A stretch of 62,437 nucleotides of DNA, the filler included, from Porpidia crustulata (taxonomy: Eukaryota): NCBI GenBank assembly GCA_964255105.1. It is 11 parts of 11 records of this genome, joined end to end, with 100 filler letters (N's around TTAATTAATTAA, not from the genome) between each part and the next. Parts side by side here need not be neighbours in the genome. Positions count along the whole stretch, not along the records: positions 56,877 to 62,437 come from CAXUWE010001769.1; 10 more parts are not named here. The stretch is one strand, 5' to 3'. Below are positions 59,685-62,437 of this stretch, piece by piece. Made by a program: the position numbers and the translations under genes. Position 1 is the first letter of the stretch; each line of letters starts with the position of its first letter. Under the pieces are notes generated by a model. The model had not been told where the DNA came from. It did no database searches and saw only the letters and a program-made list of their open reading frames with translations.

Positions 59685-62178
59685 TCAATGGCTAATATAT
59701 TGGAATACCGCGCTGACAGCCTGATCTGCAGTCTCCTGCCGGAGCAGCAAATCCTGAATCTTACCCAGCGCGCCCGCTTCCCCATCGTTGACAAAGTGAT
59801 TCCAACTGCTCGTGTCGCCGTACAGCATGGCAGGTGCTTTCATCCATTGCTTGCCGTCGGACTTGCACCGTTTGCATTTGAACGTATCATGCGTGTCGCT
59901 CGTAGTGCCCGGCTTGAATTGGAACAGCTCCCGTAAAGAGTCCAGCGTAAAGTGCCGCTCGACGTCTTCAGCCGAGTCTACCACGCATGAGGATAGCGAT
60001 TGTTTGTGCGATTGCCGTTGAAAGATCTTTTCTTCAATGGTCCCCGTTGCGATGAACCGATAGACGAAACAGTCTTTCTTTTGCCCGTCGCGCCACACTC
60101 GTGCCAAAGCTTGCTGGTCCGCTGCTGGGTTCCAGTCTGGATCGAAAAGGACGAGGCGGTTTGCGCCGATGAGATTCAGTCCACAACCCCCAGCTTTACT
60201 GCTGAGGAGAAAGATGAATTCAGAACCTTCGGGGTCGTTGAACTTATCGACCAGCTTTTGACGCTTATTGATGTTCATTGTGCCATCGAGCCGAAGGCTC
60301 CCGTAATTGCGTGCACGGCAAAGCTTGTCGAATAAGTCGAGGGTTTGCGTGAAGTTACTGATCAACACAATCTTATCATTGGTGTCCTGTCTGATTCGAG
60401 CCAGCATACGGTCAAGCACTTGCATCTTGCCTGAGTACCATGTTTTGACGTCACGATCTCGACCTCTCGAGTCCTTGTGGACGTAGTCGTTGGGGAAGAA
60501 CTTTTCACTACCAGGGAGATCGGTTGATAAGTCGAGGAGATCTGGGTGGTTGCAGAGTTTCTTCAGCATGCCAATCGCTTTTAGCGGCTGGCTTCCCTTT
60601 CCTCTAAGTAGGCTTTTGATATCAGGACTTTGGATGAAGTGATTGTATAGATCCATTTGAAAAGGCGCTAGGTTGCAAAAGACAACATGTTCGTACTTGA
60701 CCGGGAGGTATTTGGATAGAATGTCATTGGTGCGGCGGATGATGAATTTGTTCACCAGTGTAAGAAGCTCTGCAAGGCGTTCATCTCCCTTCTTTCGGTC
60801 TTCGTCGGTACCTGCACCGTCTCGTCCTCTCAGAATTGGAATTTCGTACTTTTTACGGAACTCGTTTCGGGTGCCAAGAAGGTTCGGATTGGCAAAATTC
60901 AACAAAGAGAAGTACTCCATCAAGTCATTTTGAATCGGGGTACCAGATAATATGACTCGACGATCGACGTTCAAGCCATTCAGCGCAGTAAATGTCTGAG
61001 ACTCCCCATTCTTTAACCGATGTCCTTCGTCACAGAGAAGCAAGCCGATGGGAGTCCCCTTCAGTTCCTCGACGTTGAGTCGAAGTGTTTCATAAGATAC
61101 GATGAGTACGGGTCGTACCACTGCCCGGCCACTAGCGATTGACCATTGCCTGAGCTGAGAGGTGAGTTCAGCTTTGGTTCCCTTCCCGTCCACTGCAAAG
61201 GGCGTGACAGCATCTGGACCAAGCCATTTGACCAGCTCGTTTGCCCAATTCCTCACCAATGTAGAAGGACAGGCTATGACGCATTTTTGGATAGTGGACT
61301 TCCCGGCATCAGGAGACTGTTTGAGTAGCGTCCACATGAGCGCGATGCATTGCAGAGTCTTGCCCAAACCCATCTCATCTGCCATTATGCATCCGTTAGC
61401 TTTTGGGTCAATCAGACCAGTGGTGCACCGGTATAGAAACTTGACACCTTCGACCTGATGTGGTCGCAGTATTTTTGCTAGCCTTGGGTCGATGACCACA
61501 GGAATCTTCGGATTATCATCCACCTTCTTCTTCAATCCCAGTATGTCCGCCAAGCTCTTGTGCATTATTGGAACATCCAGTACAGGCTTCTCTTCTTCCC
61601 CCTCCTTTGTACCATCATCCTCTATAGTCAAAGGCTTGTCGTCAACCGTAGGATCATATAATACAATCGCGAATTCTCCACTCGGGTCGTGTAATGGTTT
61701 TGCTATGAAAACAGCTCCTGTCCGCATACCCAGCGTGGGAGCTGGTCGAAAAGGATTGTAGGCTCCAGATTTCTTGTTGATCAAGGGCACAGCAAAGCGC
61801 TGACGAAATAGTGCATCCTTGTCCTTGACCTTGAAGACCGGAAACTTATTTACGTCTCGGTTTGCCAGGGCCAAACGGTCCTCATTCGTCCACGGCTTCT
61901 CCCCATCCTCGACACTTCCATCTGCGTCCGCATACCTAACCTTCCGTTTCTTCCTTGCGGGTTTCTCCGAAGCACGGGTCGGAGTGGCTGAGCCAGGGCA
62001 TCGGAAAGGTCGAACGAGTCGATCAATCGATTGCGAACCTCCTCCGTAAAGCCTGCATGATGTCTCTGTTTTTAGCGTGTTCTCCTTGTCGGTGGACGGC
62101 GTCGAGGTTTTCGGTCTGTGCCTACAAGATTATGATTAGCGAGATTATCATGTCTGCACTCATATTCAGAGCTCACAT
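59685..62178 (-). CDS. RAD54: DNA repair and recombination SNF2-family translocase Rad54
   Basis: SQSIDRLVRPFRCPG N-terminus, PLHDPSGEFAIVLYDP, MADEMGLGKT, CDEGH, SGTPIQN, QALARVWRDGQKK, HDTFKCKRC. Main exon 62121-59685; the start is inferred as AT (62178-62177) + intron 62176-62122 + G. Confidence 0.97.
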
Positions 62179-62302
62179 TGAATGAACCCCTCTTTCATAC
62201 GCCGTACCTTAATATCCCTCCTAGCGATAGGCCTTAAGATGATGTGAGCAGTCTCTGCGGTACGTATTACTCGGCGGTTGACGTGTTTTCGCCACAACCA
62301 GA

Positions 62303-62329
62303 ACGCGTTCCGGGACGTGGATCACGCGT
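62303..62329. promoter_or_regulatory. Two MCB (MluI cell-cycle) boxes ACGCGT upstream of RAD54
   Basis: Exact ACGCGT at 62303-62308 and 62324-62329, 125-150 nt upstream of the start. Confidence 0.7.
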
Positions 62330-62395
62330 TCACGTGATCCTTACCCTATCGGTTTTTACGAGCTGTTACCAACTTATAAATAGGGTCCCACTAAC

Positions 62396-62437
62396 CGTAC
62401 ACCCCCTTTGCCTACTCGTACACCCCCTTTTGCCTAC
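62396..62437 (+). repeat. Direct repeat CGTACACCCCCTTT(T)GCCTAC x2 at the contig end
   Basis: Copies at 62396-62415 and 62417-62437; may be the start of a repeat or TE terminus. Confidence 0.7.

Noticed and set aside
1..62437. Apparent DNA-repair/chromosome-maintenance gene cluster (REV1, PSH1-like, bimC, STN1, RAD54)
   Set aside because: Each gene is on a different contig ordered only by length; there is no evidence of physical linkage.

Overview
Eukaryotic, intron-containing DNA from a filamentous ascomycete (Pezizomycotina; a lichen-forming Lecanoromycete is a guess only). The window is not one locus. It is 11 separate ~5.6-kb contigs, sorted by decreasing length (5616, 5609, 5606, 5586, 5584, 5582, 5580, 5574, 5573, 5566, 5561 nt) and joined by artificial 100-nt spacers (N44-TTAATTAATTAA-N44), so gene neighbourhoods mean nothing across spacers. 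Conserved genes: REV1, nucleoplasmin-FKBP (FPR4), a PSH1-like RING ligase, kinesin-5 bimC, a UPF0183 protein, a DUF4203 membrane protein, the HPt protein YPD1, a 2H-phosphoesterase, an HBN1/FRM2-type nitroreductase, STN1, the complex I 51-kDa subunit, an oleate hydratase and RAD54. One contig carries a secondary-metabolite tailoring trio (P450, SDR, BBE-like FAD oxidase). Mobile or decayed DNA: the 5' end of a Ty3/gypsy element with a self-priming signature, the 5' end of a pogo/Fot1 transposon, a MITE-like foldback, and HET and P450 pseudogenes. The most interesting signals are an apparent CpC-biased RIP-like mutational signature, the self-priming LTR, telomeric repeats in the STN1 promoter, an intron-split RAD54 start codon and a palindromic forkhead site before bimC. 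I found no clearly new multi-gene system.
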